Shown here: positions 26,479-35,773 of the stretch, piece by piece
Layout of the letters: every line of letters starts with the position of its first letter
How positions within the stretch are numbered: the first letter of the stretch is position 1
Assembly (NCBI GenBank): GCA_044869275.1
Contig: JBIOXB010000242.1
Location: 1-43,271 of the forward strand
Direction: 5' to 3'
From: a bacterium
Lineage (GTDB): Bacteria; Zhuqueibacterota; Zhuqueibacteria; Zhuqueibacterales; Zhuqueibacteraceae
Length of the DNA: 43,271 nucleotides
The notes under the pieces: generated by a model
The model's database searches: none
What the model was told of the DNA's origin: nothing
The model's input: only the letters and a program-made list of their open reading frames with translations
Position numbers and translations under genes: made by a program

Positions 26479-29307
26479 TCAATTCACCGGCTTGCCCTCC
26501 TTATCCAGCACGATCGCCTCGCCCAGTCCCAGTTTCTTCAATCCTTCCAACTGCGTCGCGGCGTCGCCCACCACTAGATAAATCATTTTTTCCGCAGGCA
26601 GATACTGCTGCGCCAGTTGTTGATGGCGTACTTTGGTCAGGTCCTGCACCAGGCGCTCCCGCTGTTTGACGTAATCAAAAGGCAGGTTGTAGGTCGCAAT
26701 GTCTGCCAGCATGCCGGCGAGCGCGCCCAGAGTTTCGAAACGCAAAGCATTGGCCTGCGTCAACGCGCTTTTCGTGAAGGCGAAGTCTTCGTCGGAAAGG
26801 CCGTTGCGATACTTGGAAATCTCGTCTTTGAAAATTTGCATGGACTCGAAGGTCGCGTTCGAGCGCACGCCGGCGGAAGCGAGGAAAGGCCCCGGATACG
26901 AGCCCGCGAGAAAGGTCGAGCGCGCCCCATAGGTATAGCCCTTTTCTTCGCGCAGAATGAGATTCAAAATGCCGTTGAAGCTACCGCCGAGTTTGTAGTT
27001 CATCACCGTGGCGGGATAATAATCCGGATGGGTGTACGGCAGGGCCAGATAACCGATGCGCACTTGCGATTGTTTCGCGCCGGGCACATCGACAAAATAA
27101 AGCTGCGCCTTCTCGCGCGCCGGCGGATTGGCGTATTCTGTGAATTGCACTGCTTTCGCCGGCCACTTTTGCTCCAAGGTAGAAAGCAGTTTAATCGCGT
27201 TGTCCTTTGCAATGTTGCCCACGACCGTCACATAAGACACGGCGGGCGAATAGTTTCTGGTGTAGAAGTTTTTCAAATCGTCGAGCGTGATCTTCTCCAC
27301 TGCGGCGGGCGTGCCGAGTGTGTTGTTGGCAAGAACGTGTTCATTGCCGTAAAAAAGCTTGCGCGACACTTTGTCGGCCACGAACGCGGGATCGACGTTG
27401 CGGCGATTCAGAGTCTCGAGGGTTTCCTGCTTGAGCCGGGCAAACTCTTTTTCATCCCAACGCGGCTCCAACAGAATTTCCTCGAACAAAGCATACACTG
27501 GCGCGACTTTGGATGCGAGCGTGTTGGCTTGCATCGTGATCGCTTCGTCGCTGGTTGATATTCTGATGCTTGCACCCAGCTCGTCGATCGCTTCTTCCAA
27601 CTCCAGCGGCGTTTTATTTTTCGTGCCTTCCATCATCATGTCGGCCATCAAATTCGCCACGCCAACTTTGCCGGGATCCTCCAGCAGCAGGCCGCCTTTG
27701 AGCGTAAGCGTGAGCTCCACCAGCGGCAATTCGCCGTGCTCGATGCCATAAACGCGCAGCCCGTTTTTGAAAGTGTGCGTCCAAATCTGCGGCAGCTTGA
27801 TTTGCGGCGCCGGGCCCTGGGGCGGCTCGACCGTGCGATCGAAGCTTGAAGGCAGTTTTTCCATCATCTTCTTTTCTGCGCTCGCCATGGGTTTGCTCTC
27901 GCTGGCCGGCGCGATCGGCTCTTCCACCACCGCAAATCTCTCCGAGTTTGCCGCGACGAGATTCGTTTTGCCTTTGGGCACAAAGCTGGTTAAAACGAAG
28001 TTTTTACTTTTGAGGTATTGGTTGTAGACGCGCCAAATGTCGTCTTTGCTCACTGCCAACGAATGTTGAATATCCTGGGTGATGAAATCCGGCGAGCCGG
28101 CAAACTCATTGTACCAGGCGAGCTGAAAAGCCTTATTCAGGCTGCTCGCGATCCCATTGTAAAAATTGGTTTCGGTTTTGGCTTTGATGCGCGCCAGATC
28201 CTTGTCCGTGAAACCGTCTTTCTCGAAACGCGCGAACGCTTCAAGAATCGCCTGTTCCACCTCGCTCAAGCTCTTATCCGGAAAGGCGCGCACGCGCACG
28301 CGAAAATAGCCCGCGATTTCCAGGCTATTTTGCGAGGCAGAAACTGAAGGTGCGAGCTTTTTTTCCTCGACGAGAACTTTGTAGAGCGGCGCCTTCTTGC
28401 CGTCGGCGAGCAAGTCGGCGAGCAAATCCAGTGCGTAAGCGTCTGCTTGAAATTGCCGGCTCGTCGGAAAAGTCATGGTCAATTCCGGTGAGGCGGCAAA
28501 ATTATCTTCGTGAAACGCACGCTGGCTCTTTTCCAAAGTCACCGGCGTCGGCCGGGGATCAGGCACCGGCGCGGCAGAATGCAATTCGCCGAAGTACTTT
28601 TCCACCCACTGGCGGGTTTGCGCGTTGTCGAAATCCCCCGCGACCACGAGCGTGGCATTATTGGGGCCGTACCATTTCTGAAAAAAACTGCGCACGTCGG
28701 CCAGCGTGGCGTTCTTAAGATCTTCGAACGAACCAATGACTTGCCAGTTGTAGGGATGATTCTCGGGAAAAAGCAGTTTGTGAACGACGTAATTGGTGTG
28801 GCCGTACGGCACGTTATCCACGCGCTGGCGCTTCTCGTTTTGCACCACCTCTTGTTGATTGGCAAACGCTTCCGGTGTCACGGTCGGCAGCAGAAAGCCC
28901 ATGCGGTCGGACTCCAGCCACAGGCACATTTCCAGCGCGTTTTTCGGCACCACTTCGAAGTAAATGGTTTGGTCGAACGAAGTGCCGCCGTTCAGCGTGC
29001 CGCCCGCGCCCTGAATTTTTCTGAAAAATTGGTCCTGGCCCACATGCTGCGATTCTTGAAACAGCATGTGCTCGAACAAATGCGCGAAGCCGGTGCGGCC
29101 CAGCTCTTCGCGGTTCGAGCCGACGTGATACAAAATCGCCACAGCCACGAGCGGATCGGATTTGTCCTCGTGCAGGATCACTTCCAGGCCGTTTTTGAGC
29201 TGGTATTTTTGATAATCGATCTTCAATGCCGGTTTGTCCGCGGCCTGGGGCAGGGAAACGGCAAAAAGCAAACCGCAAACGGCAACACTTGTTTTAGGGA
29301 AACGCAT
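26479..29307 (-). CDS. M16 (pitrilysin/insulinase) family zinc peptidase, exported
   Basis: GFAHLFEHMLF (HxxEH), LREEKGYTYG in the second half; signal peptide from ATG 29307. Confidence 0.93.
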   Translation of the reverse strand: MRFPKTSVAVCGLLFAVSLPQAADKPALKIDYQKYQLKNGLEVILHEDKSDPLVAVAILYHVGSNREELGRTGFAHLFEHMLFQESQHVGQDQFFRKIQGAGGTLNGGTSFDQTIYFEVVPKNALEMCLWLESDRMGFLLPTVTPEAFANQQEVVQNEKRQRVDNVPYGHTNYVVHKLLFPENHPYNWQVIGSFEDLKNATLADVRSFFQKWYGPNNATLVVAGDFDNAQTRQWVEKYFGELHSAAPVPDPRPTPVTLEKSQRAFHEDNFAASPELTMTFPTSRQFQADAYALDLLADLLADGKKAPLYKVLVEEKKLAPSVSASQNSLEIAGYFRVRVRAFPDKSLSEVEQAILEAFARFEKDGFTDKDLARIKAKTETNFYNGIASSLNKAFQLAWYNEFAGSPDFITQDIQHSLAVSKDDIWRVYNQYLKSKNFVLTSFVPKGKTNLVAANSERFAVVEEPIAPASESKPMASAEKKMMEKLPSSFDRTVEPPQGPAPQIKLPQIWTHTFKNGLRVYGIEHGELPLVELTLTLKGGLLLEDPGKVGVANLMADMMMEGTKNKTPLELEEAIDELGASIRISTSDEAITMQANTLASKVAPVYALFEEILLEPRWDEKEFARLKQETLETLNRRNVDPAFVADKVSRKLFYGNEHVLANNTLGTPAAVEKITLDDLKNFYTRNYSPAVSYVTVVGNIAKDNAIKLLSTLEQKWPAKAVQFTEYANPPAREKAQLYFVDVPGAKQSQVRIGYLALPYTHPDYYPATVMNYKLGGSFNGILNLILREEKGYTYGARSTFLAGSYPGPFLASAGVRSNATFESMQIFKDEISKYRNGLSDEDFAFTKSALTQANALRFETLGALAGMLADIATYNLPFDYVKQRERLVQDLTKVRHQQLAQQYLPAEKMIYLVVGDAATQLEGLKKLGLGEAIVLDKEGKPVN

Positions 29308-29364
29308 AACGCGCCTCACGATTTGAGGGTGAATAAAGCTATTTCGATCATTCAAAAGCGATCC

Positions 29365-30645
29365 TCAGGCATATCTAATCCACTTGATAATCTCCGGCAG
29401 CGTCGGGCGCTTGCCGTACATCAGCACACCGACGCGATAGATGCGGCCCACGATCCAGATCATGAGCACAATCGTCAGCACCATGAGTGCGATGCTGGCC
29501 GCGATTTGCCAAAAAGGCGGCATCTGCACGGCAATGCGTGCGAGCATGATGATGGGCGCAAAAAAAGGCACGAGCGACATGATCACCGCAGTCTGGCTGT
29601 CGGGATTGGTGATAATATAGGTGATCATCAAAATCGGCACGACGATGATCAACGCAATCGGCAGTACGAATTGTTGCGCTTCCTGTTCGGAGTTGACCAT
29701 CGCGCCGATGCCGGCATACAATGTTGAGTAAAGCACGTAGCCGAGCAAGAAAAAAAGCACGAAAAAACCCAGGGTGCCGAGCGAGAGCGTGGGCAGATCG
29801 AGGCCTTGCAACTTCGCCGGGTCGGCCACGAAAACGCCCGCAAGAGCCAGGCCATAAAGCGAGAGCAAACCCATGGCCACGGCCCAAATGAGAAATTGTG
29901 TCAATCCCACTGCGCCCACGCCAAAAATCTTGCCGGCCATCAAATGAAACGGCTTGATGGAAGAAATCACGGACTCAACCACGCGTGAGGTTTTTTCTTC
30001 GATGACGCTGCGCATCACGATCGCGCCGTAAATAAACATGGCCATGTAGATGGAAAAACCCAGAAAGTAGGCGATGACGAATGTAAAACCGGGATCCTTT
30101 TTTTCCCGGCTCGCAGGCTGCACATTCAAATCGACCTGCGCCAGCATGCGCTGAATTTGCTGGGGATTCAGTCCACTGCGTTGAATGCGTTGTGCGGTCA
30201 CGGCGTGGGAAATAGCCTCTTCAAATCCCTCATTTTCGAAGCGATTGCTCACACTCTTGCCAAAAAACTTCGCCGCGCCCCCATCAAAAACCGAATCAGG
30301 GATGAGCAGGTATCCATGCCATTGCTCTCGCTCGATGCCGGCGGATAAAGATTGTCTCACCGAATCAAGCTGTTCAGGCGCCACCCTGAGCTTGGTAAAA
30401 TCATAAGGCCGTCTGCCCTCGGCATCCGGCCGGTTGAGGGTGGCCTCAAGAGAATCAAAAACAGCGCCGGTTTGGTCAATCACCGCGATGCGCTTGGTCT
30501 CATCAGATTTGAGGAACAGCAGAAAAATTGGCACGGCAAACAGCGCGATCATCAACAGTGGCAGCAAAATCGTGCCGATTACAAAGCCTTTGGTCTTAAC
30601 GCGCGAGAGATATTCCCGCCGCATGATCGTCCACATTTTATCCAT
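29365..30645 (-). CDS. ABC-2 type transporter permease (NatB/YhaP-like)
   Basis: RREYLSRVKTKGF, VIEEKTSRVVE, LMAGKIFG, RIYRVGVLMYGK. Confidence 0.92.
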   Translation of the reverse strand: MDKMWTIMRREYLSRVKTKGFVIGTILLPLLMIALFAVPIFLLFLKSDETKRIAVIDQTGAVFDSLEATLNRPDAEGRRPYDFTKLRVAPEQLDSVRQSLSAGIEREQWHGYLLIPDSVFDGGAAKFFGKSVSNRFENEGFEEAISHAVTAQRIQRSGLNPQQIQRMLAQVDLNVQPASREKKDPGFTFVIAYFLGFSIYMAMFIYGAIVMRSVIEEKTSRVVESVISSIKPFHLMAGKIFGVGAVGLTQFLIWAVAMGLLSLYGLALAGVFVADPAKLQGLDLPTLSLGTLGFFVLFFLLGYVLYSTLYAGIGAMVNSEQEAQQFVLPIALIIVVPILMITYIITNPDSQTAVIMSLVPFFAPIIMLARIAVQMPPFWQIAASIALMVLTIVLMIWIVGRIYRVGVLMYGKRPTLPEIIKWIRYA

Positions 30646-30665
30646 GATCTTTCCTGTTGGTTGAA

Positions 30666-30778
30666 GCGCAGAGGGCAGAGGGCAAAGCGCGGAGAGCAGA
30701 GGGCATGGCGCATAGCGCAGAGGTCAGAGAACTTCTCAAACGCCATGCGCTATGCGCTTTGCCCTCTGCTCTCCGCCC
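30666..30778. repeat. Inverted degenerate tandem repeat, 7-bp period (GCAGAGG x8 / CTCTGC-type x5)
   Basis: Left GCGGAGAGCAGAGGGCATGGCGCATAGCGCA is nearly the reverse complement of right CCATGCGCTATGCGCTTTGCCCTCTGCTCTCCGC. Confidence 0.9.
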
Positions 30779-32055
30779 TAGGCATACTTGATCCACTTGA
30801 GCAACTCCGGCAGCGTCGGACGCTTGCCGTACATGAGCACTCCCACGCGATAGATCCGGCCGACCAGCCAAATCATGGCGAGAATCGTGGCAATCAGCAG
30901 AACAATGCTGAGCGCGATTTGCCAGGCGGGCGGCGTGAGCACGACCACGCGGGCAAACATCGTAAGCGGCGCAAAAAATGGGATGAGGGAAAGCACAACC
31001 GCCATCCGGCTGTTGGGATTGCTGATGATGTAAAGAGTGAACAGCAGCGGGATGATCACCAGCATCACCACCGGAAAGACCAGTTGTTGCGCCTCCTGCT
31101 CGGAATTGACCATTGCGCCCACGGCGGCGTACATGGTGGCAAAGAGGAAATAACCCAAAACAAAAAAGACGATGAAGAAAGCCAGGCTTTGCAAAGGCAG
31201 CGCCGGCAAAGTGGCCAGCATGCCCATCGCATTTTTGCCGGCAAACAGCCCGCCCATGTGCGGCAGCAGGCCCAACACCAACGCCCAAATCGCATATTGC
31301 GTGAGGCCCAGGGCGCCGATACCGAGAATCTTGCCGGCCATCAAGTGAAACGGCTTGATCGAGGAAATCACCGACTCGATCACGCGCGAGCTCTTCTCTT
31401 CGATCACGCTGCGCATCACAATTTGGCCATAGATGATCATCGCCATGTAAATGAGCATCACCATGAGCCAGACCAGTTTTTCGGTTTGCCCGCTCTCTTC
31501 CTGTTCTTTGCCGCCGGAGGTGCGCACCGTGCGCAAAGGTACGCGCTGCACCAACTGCCGGACCTGCTCGGAATGCATGCCGCTTTTTTGGATGCGCGAC
31601 TCCGTCACCACGTGGCTGAGGCCGCTGCGAATGCGCCCGTTGTCGCGAAAGTTGGTCACGCTCTTGCTGAAATATTCCACCTTGCCGTCTTCGTATACGG
31701 AAGAGGGAATGATGATATAACCGTCGAGTGCGCCCTGGGCAACCTGTTCGGACAAGGCATTTTTCGCCTTTTCCAATTCTTCCGGCGGCGCTTCGTAGTT
31801 GAAGAAAGTATAGAGCAGATCGCCGTTCTCATTTTTGTCGTTTACGTTGGCGCGCAACGCCTCCAAAATCTCATGCGTTTGGTCGATGACCGCAATGCGC
31901 TTGGGTTGATCCGGCTCGCGGGCCATCAGCCATTCGGGTACGAGTCGAAAGGAGAGCAACAACACCGGCGTGAGCACTGTGCCGATGACGAAGCCCTTGG
32001 TTTTGAGGCGCGAAAGATATTCCCGCCGCACAATGGTGAGCATTTTGCGCATCAA
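30778..32055 (-). CDS. ABC-2 type transporter permease (paralog of the downstream permease)
   Basis: Same motifs as 29365-30645; start overlaps the ATPase stop. Confidence 0.92.
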   Translation of the reverse strand: MMRKMLTIVRREYLSRLKTKGFVIGTVLTPVLLLSFRLVPEWLMAREPDQPKRIAVIDQTHEILEALRANVNDKNENGDLLYTFFNYEAPPEELEKAKNALSEQVAQGALDGYIIIPSSVYEDGKVEYFSKSVTNFRDNGRIRSGLSHVVTESRIQKSGMHSEQVRQLVQRVPLRTVRTSGGKEQEESGQTEKLVWLMVMLIYMAMIIYGQIVMRSVIEEKSSRVIESVISSIKPFHLMAGKILGIGALGLTQYAIWALVLGLLPHMGGLFAGKNAMGMLATLPALPLQSLAFFIVFFVLGYFLFATMYAAVGAMVNSEQEAQQLVFPVVMLVIIPLLFTLYIISNPNSRMAVVLSLIPFFAPLTMFARVVVLTPPAWQIALSIVLLIATILAMIWLVGRIYRVGVLMYGKRPTLPELLKWIKYA

Positions 32056-32951
32056 TTCTCCTTCACCGTGGCCAGAAAAATTTCATGCAAGGAGGGCTCG
32101 ACCACCTCGAAGCGAAAGATTTCGGCTTGTTGCAGGGCCGCGGCCAGCAGGGTTTGCGGGTTCGCGCCGGGATGGAGCTGGATTTCAACATAGTTGCCGG
32201 AGTCGTTGTAGCGTTCGATCACGCCGTTGTTTTTGAGGAAATCCGATTTGCCGTCGTAGGCCAGGATCACATTGTTGCGGCCGAAATTGCGCTTGACTTG
32301 CTTGACCTCGCCCTCCAAAACTTTCCGGCCCTTGTTGATCAGGCAAATGGCGTCGCACAATTTTTCTGCCGATTCCATCAGGTGCGTCGAAAATACGATC
32401 GCCGCGCCGCGGGCTTTTTGCTCTAAGATCACGTCTTTCACCAAATCGGCGTTGAGCGGGTCGAGGCCCATGAAGGGCTCATCCAGAATGATCAAATCGG
32501 GCTCGTGCAGCACCGTAGTGAGAAATTGAATTTTTTGTTGATTGCCCTTCGACAGCTCGTTCATTTTCTTGTCGCGCACTTCTGTCATGCCGAAGCGCTG
32601 CAGCCAGTTGTCGATTTTGGGAGAGTACTGGCGCTTCTTCATGCCTTTGAGCTCGGCAAAAAACTCGAGCGCTTCGAGCACTTTCATTTTGGGATACACC
32701 CCGCGCTCTTCCGGCAAATAACCAACGCGATCAAGCATTTCGCGTGAGGTATTGGGTTGGCCCTGAATAAGAATGCGGCCGCTGTCGGGCAAGATGATTT
32801 CCATGATCATGCGCAGCGTCGTGGTTTTGCCCGCGCCATTTGGTCCGAGAAAACCACAGGTCGTGCCCGCTGCCACGCTCAAAGTGAGGTCTTTGACGGC
32901 CTCCAGCTTGCCGAAGCTTTTGCTGATACTTTCTAAGCGCAGAGTTTCCAT
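32052..32951 (-). CDS. ABC transporter ATP-binding protein (YhaQ/NatA-like)
   Basis: GPNGAGKTT, LSKGNQQK, IILDEPF, FSTH. Confidence 0.95.
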   Translation of the reverse strand: METLRLESISKSFGKLEAVKDLTLSVAAGTTCGFLGPNGAGKTTTLRMIMEIILPDSGRILIQGQPNTSREMLDRVGYLPEERGVYPKMKVLEALEFFAELKGMKKRQYSPKIDNWLQRFGMTEVRDKKMNELSKGNQQKIQFLTTVLHEPDLIILDEPFMGLDPLNADLVKDVILEQKARGAAIVFSTHLMESAEKLCDAICLINKGRKVLEGEVKQVKRNFGRNNVILAYDGKSDFLKNNGVIERYNDSGNYVEIQLHPGANPQTLLAAALQQAEIFRFEVVEPSLHEIFLATVKEN

Positions 32952-33225
32952 CTTCCCTTCTTCCTCATGAGGTTTTGAAACTTCCCAAAGAACTCGCGAA
33001 GAGCCTTCTCGCCATGAGTGCAGTTTCGTTTCTACGAAATTGTCCGGTCGCCTGCACCTAAATCGCTTGGTTCACGTTTTTGCACAAAAAAGCTTCCATT
33101 CTGAGAAAATCAAACTGCGCGATGACGTCAGGCAGTCTGCAATTTTCAATGCGCACAGGTATGAACTTCAGAACGTGTGATTCAGGGCACAAGAGTCGCA
33201 AGCACATCGCAACATGAATGTTGCG

Positions 33226-35226
33226 TTACAACCGCGCCACTTCCACGCGCGCATCATTGAAGCACGCCCCGCCGCCAATGACGTTCAAAGTGTCCGGGGC
33301 TAACGCCGTGGCGGTTTGTCCGTTCAACGAAGATTTGCGCCATGCGCCCTTGGGCATCATCGCCACGCCCGGGCGAATTTCCGCGCTGATTTTCAAACGG
33401 CAATGCACTTCGCCGAAAGCGTTGAACACTCTCACGGTTTCCCCATTGCGCAGGTGGCGCGCGGCGGCGTCTTCGGCATGCAGGGTCACGAACAATTCGG
33501 GCAGATTGTATTCCGCCATGGTGCTGGTGACGGATTTATCGGTTGCCGGGCTGATCAACGCCAGCGGGAATTCTTGATCGACGCTCTCGAGATACTCATA
33601 GGCATGTTGCCGCAAATTCTCCGGTGCGAAATGCACTTTGCCGTCGGAGGTGCGCGGGAATACGGTTTGAAATTGCACTGGCGCAGCGCCGGGAAAATCA
33701 AAAAAAGCGATTTTCGCTTCGCGCAGACCTTTCCACTCCACAGGCTTGCCCATGCCGCGCATGCCTTGCGCCGCACGCGCCAGCAGGTCTCCTGTTTTGA
33801 GTTGGAAGGCAGTGTCGTGCCAGCCCATGCCGCGCCCAAGCAGCGCAAAAACTTCTTCATTCGGCATGGCCTCGCCCGCAGCCGGAATCACGGCGTCGAA
33901 GTATTGTAAGGCATAGCTGCCGTAGGCTTTTTTGATTTCTTTTTGTTCCAGAAAAGTGGTGGCCGGCAGCAACACGTCGGCGAACATGGCGGTGTCCGTC
34001 AGCACTTGTTCGAACACCACCGTAAATAAATCCTCGCGCCGCAAGCCCTGCAAAATTGCGTTCTGGTTCGGTACGGTTGCGGCGGGATTACAGTTATAAA
34101 CAAACAGCATTTTGACCGGCGGACTTTTTTCTTCCAGCAAAACTTTGCCCAGCAGATTCATGTTGATCACACGCGTGTTCCAGGGCGCGGCTTCGACCAT
34201 GACGCTGTCATCGAATTTGTAAGCCGCACTGTTACTCAGCGTATATCCGCCGCCGCGCTTGCCGAATTTACCCAGCAATGCCGGCAAGGCCAGTACCGCA
34301 GCAATGGCTTGTGCGCCGTTGCGATTGCGCTCCATGCCCCAGCCCACGCGAATCACAGCGGGATCGGACTCGGCATAAAGCTGGGCAAGCTGTGCGATGA
34401 GAGCCGGCGGTATTCTGGCAATCCCGGCCGCGCGCGCCAACGTCCAGGGTGCAGCTTTTTCCAACAAAGCTTCGACGCCCGTGGTATGTTGCCGGATGAA
34501 ATTCCAATCGAGCATATCGTTTTGATGAAACCAGCGTACCAGCGCCAGCGCCACGACCAAATCCGTTCCAGGAAAAACCGGCACATGAAGATCGGCCTCT
34601 CTTGTTGAAAAATTGCAGAGGGGATCGAGCACCGCGATTTTCGCGCCCGCGGCTCTGGCTTGCTTGAGATAAGGCACGAGATGAATATTGGAAGCCTTGG
34701 GATTCGCGCCCCAAATGAGAATGCCACGCGCGTGCGCATAATCTTCAAACGCCACGCCCGGCATTTTGCCGTACAGCCCCATCGCGGCCTCGCCCGTCAT
34801 CGCGGCGCAAACCGTACGCGCCAAACGCGAAGCGCCGAGTTTGGCAAAAAAGGCTTTGTCCGTGGTGTCCTGGCCGAGCAAGCCGTTCGATCCGCCGTAG
34901 CTGTAAGGGAGAATCGCCTCCCCGCCCCATTGCGCAGGAATTGACTTGGCGCGCTCGCAAATCATGGCAACGGCGTCCGCCCAAGAAACGCGCTCGAATC
35001 GTCCTTCGCCTTTAGCGCCCACGCGCCGCATGGGATACAGTAAGCGTTCCTTGCCATAGAGCCTTTTGGTGAATTGCGCAACTTTGGAGCAAATAAAATC
35101 ATTGGTGAGGGGATTGCGTTGCGAGCCTCGGATATGTGTCACACGGCCCTCGCTCACCTCGACCTCGAGGCTGCAGGTGTCGGGGCAATCCATGGGGCAG
35201 ACGGAAGAGAGAGTGTTTGCGGGCAT
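33226..35226 (-). CDS. Molybdopterin-dependent oxidoreductase (DMSO reductase superfamily, uncharacterised clade)
   Basis: CPMDCPDTC...ICSK Fe4S4 motif, RLLYPMRRVG, TDTAMFADVLLPA, C-terminal molybdopterin-binding domain. Confidence 0.9.
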   Translation of the reverse strand: MPANTLSSVCPMDCPDTCSLEVEVSEGRVTHIRGSQRNPLTNDFICSKVAQFTKRLYGKERLLYPMRRVGAKGEGRFERVSWADAVAMICERAKSIPAQWGGEAILPYSYGGSNGLLGQDTTDKAFFAKLGASRLARTVCAAMTGEAAMGLYGKMPGVAFEDYAHARGILIWGANPKASNIHLVPYLKQARAAGAKIAVLDPLCNFSTREADLHVPVFPGTDLVVALALVRWFHQNDMLDWNFIRQHTTGVEALLEKAAPWTLARAAGIARIPPALIAQLAQLYAESDPAVIRVGWGMERNRNGAQAIAAVLALPALLGKFGKRGGGYTLSNSAAYKFDDSVMVEAAPWNTRVINMNLLGKVLLEEKSPPVKMLFVYNCNPAATVPNQNAILQGLRREDLFTVVFEQVLTDTAMFADVLLPATTFLEQKEIKKAYGSYALQYFDAVIPAAGEAMPNEEVFALLGRGMGWHDTAFQLKTGDLLARAAQGMRGMGKPVEWKGLREAKIAFFDFPGAAPVQFQTVFPRTSDGKVHFAPENLRQHAYEYLESVDQEFPLALISPATDKSVTSTMAEYNLPELFVTLHAEDAAARHLRNGETVRVFNAFGEVHCRLKISAEIRPGVAMMPKGAWRKSSLNGQTATALAPDTLNVIGGGACFNDARVEVARL

Positions 35227-35503
35227 AGGATGAGAATGGATGAGGTCGAGAACCAATAGAAGGAACTTTTAAAAAGATGCAGAATTTTGATTGCAAAGTC
35301 AAGCTTCGACACGGACGCAGTGTTTCATACTTCGACAGCAGAAATGCCGGTGTACCGCGGCGCGACTCTGAGGCAAAACTGATCAGCGCTAAAATGTCCT
35401 CATTGTGCCAGCAGTCCTGCACAAAAGTTTCCAGAACCCGATTTTCTAACCGCACAGTCTCCAGTAAGGGCAGCTTGACGGTGTGCTGAAAACACTTTTT
35501 GAG

Positions 35504-35530
35504 GTCATGCCCGCGAAGGCGGGCATACAG
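35504..35530. repeat. REP-like palindrome of the GTCATxCCCGCGAAxGCGGG type
   Basis: GTC-ATGCCCGC-GAAG-GCGGGCAT-ACAG with a perfect 8-bp stem; a degenerate relative lies near 14627-14650. Confidence 0.55.
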
Positions 35531-35635
35531 AACCTCCAGAAAAATCAGAGATTCGTCCGGAACGGCGGGACGGGAAAGACAAATCCAAGCAATCCGAAAT
35601 TTCACAGTATTCTGTTAGGCAAAGCCACAAACAAT

Positions 35636-35650
35636 TGGCATAACACTTGC
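35636..35650 (+). promoter_or_regulatory. sigma-54 (-24/-12) promoter
   Basis: TGGCATAACACTTGC = TGG-N10-GC, about 125 bp upstream of ATG 35774. Confidence 0.72.
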
Positions 35651-35773
35651 CGAAATTCTTTAGGACTTCTCCGGCATAATTTCATCACACTACATTCGTC
35701 AACAAAATCTATCAATTCCCTTGGTGTCCGCTTCATAACAAAGCAGATGTCACCATCAACCGCAGGAGCGCTT

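Noticed and set aside
29365..32055. Similar permease sequences as a DGR template/variable repeat pair or recent duplication
   Set aside because: Differences are mostly synonymous and not adenine-specific, and there is no reverse transcriptase; tandem ABC-2 permease paralogs are ordinary
28510..32193. Long plus-strand ORFs (405 aa, 613 aa) and similar antisense ORFs elsewhere
   Set aside because: They are shadows of well-supported minus-strand genes in GC-rich DNA, with no recognisable motifs
35483..35773. 97-codon N-terminal extension of the secreted protein
   Set aside because: It overlaps a REP-like hairpin and the sigma-54 promoter; the RBS and signal peptide fit ATG 35774
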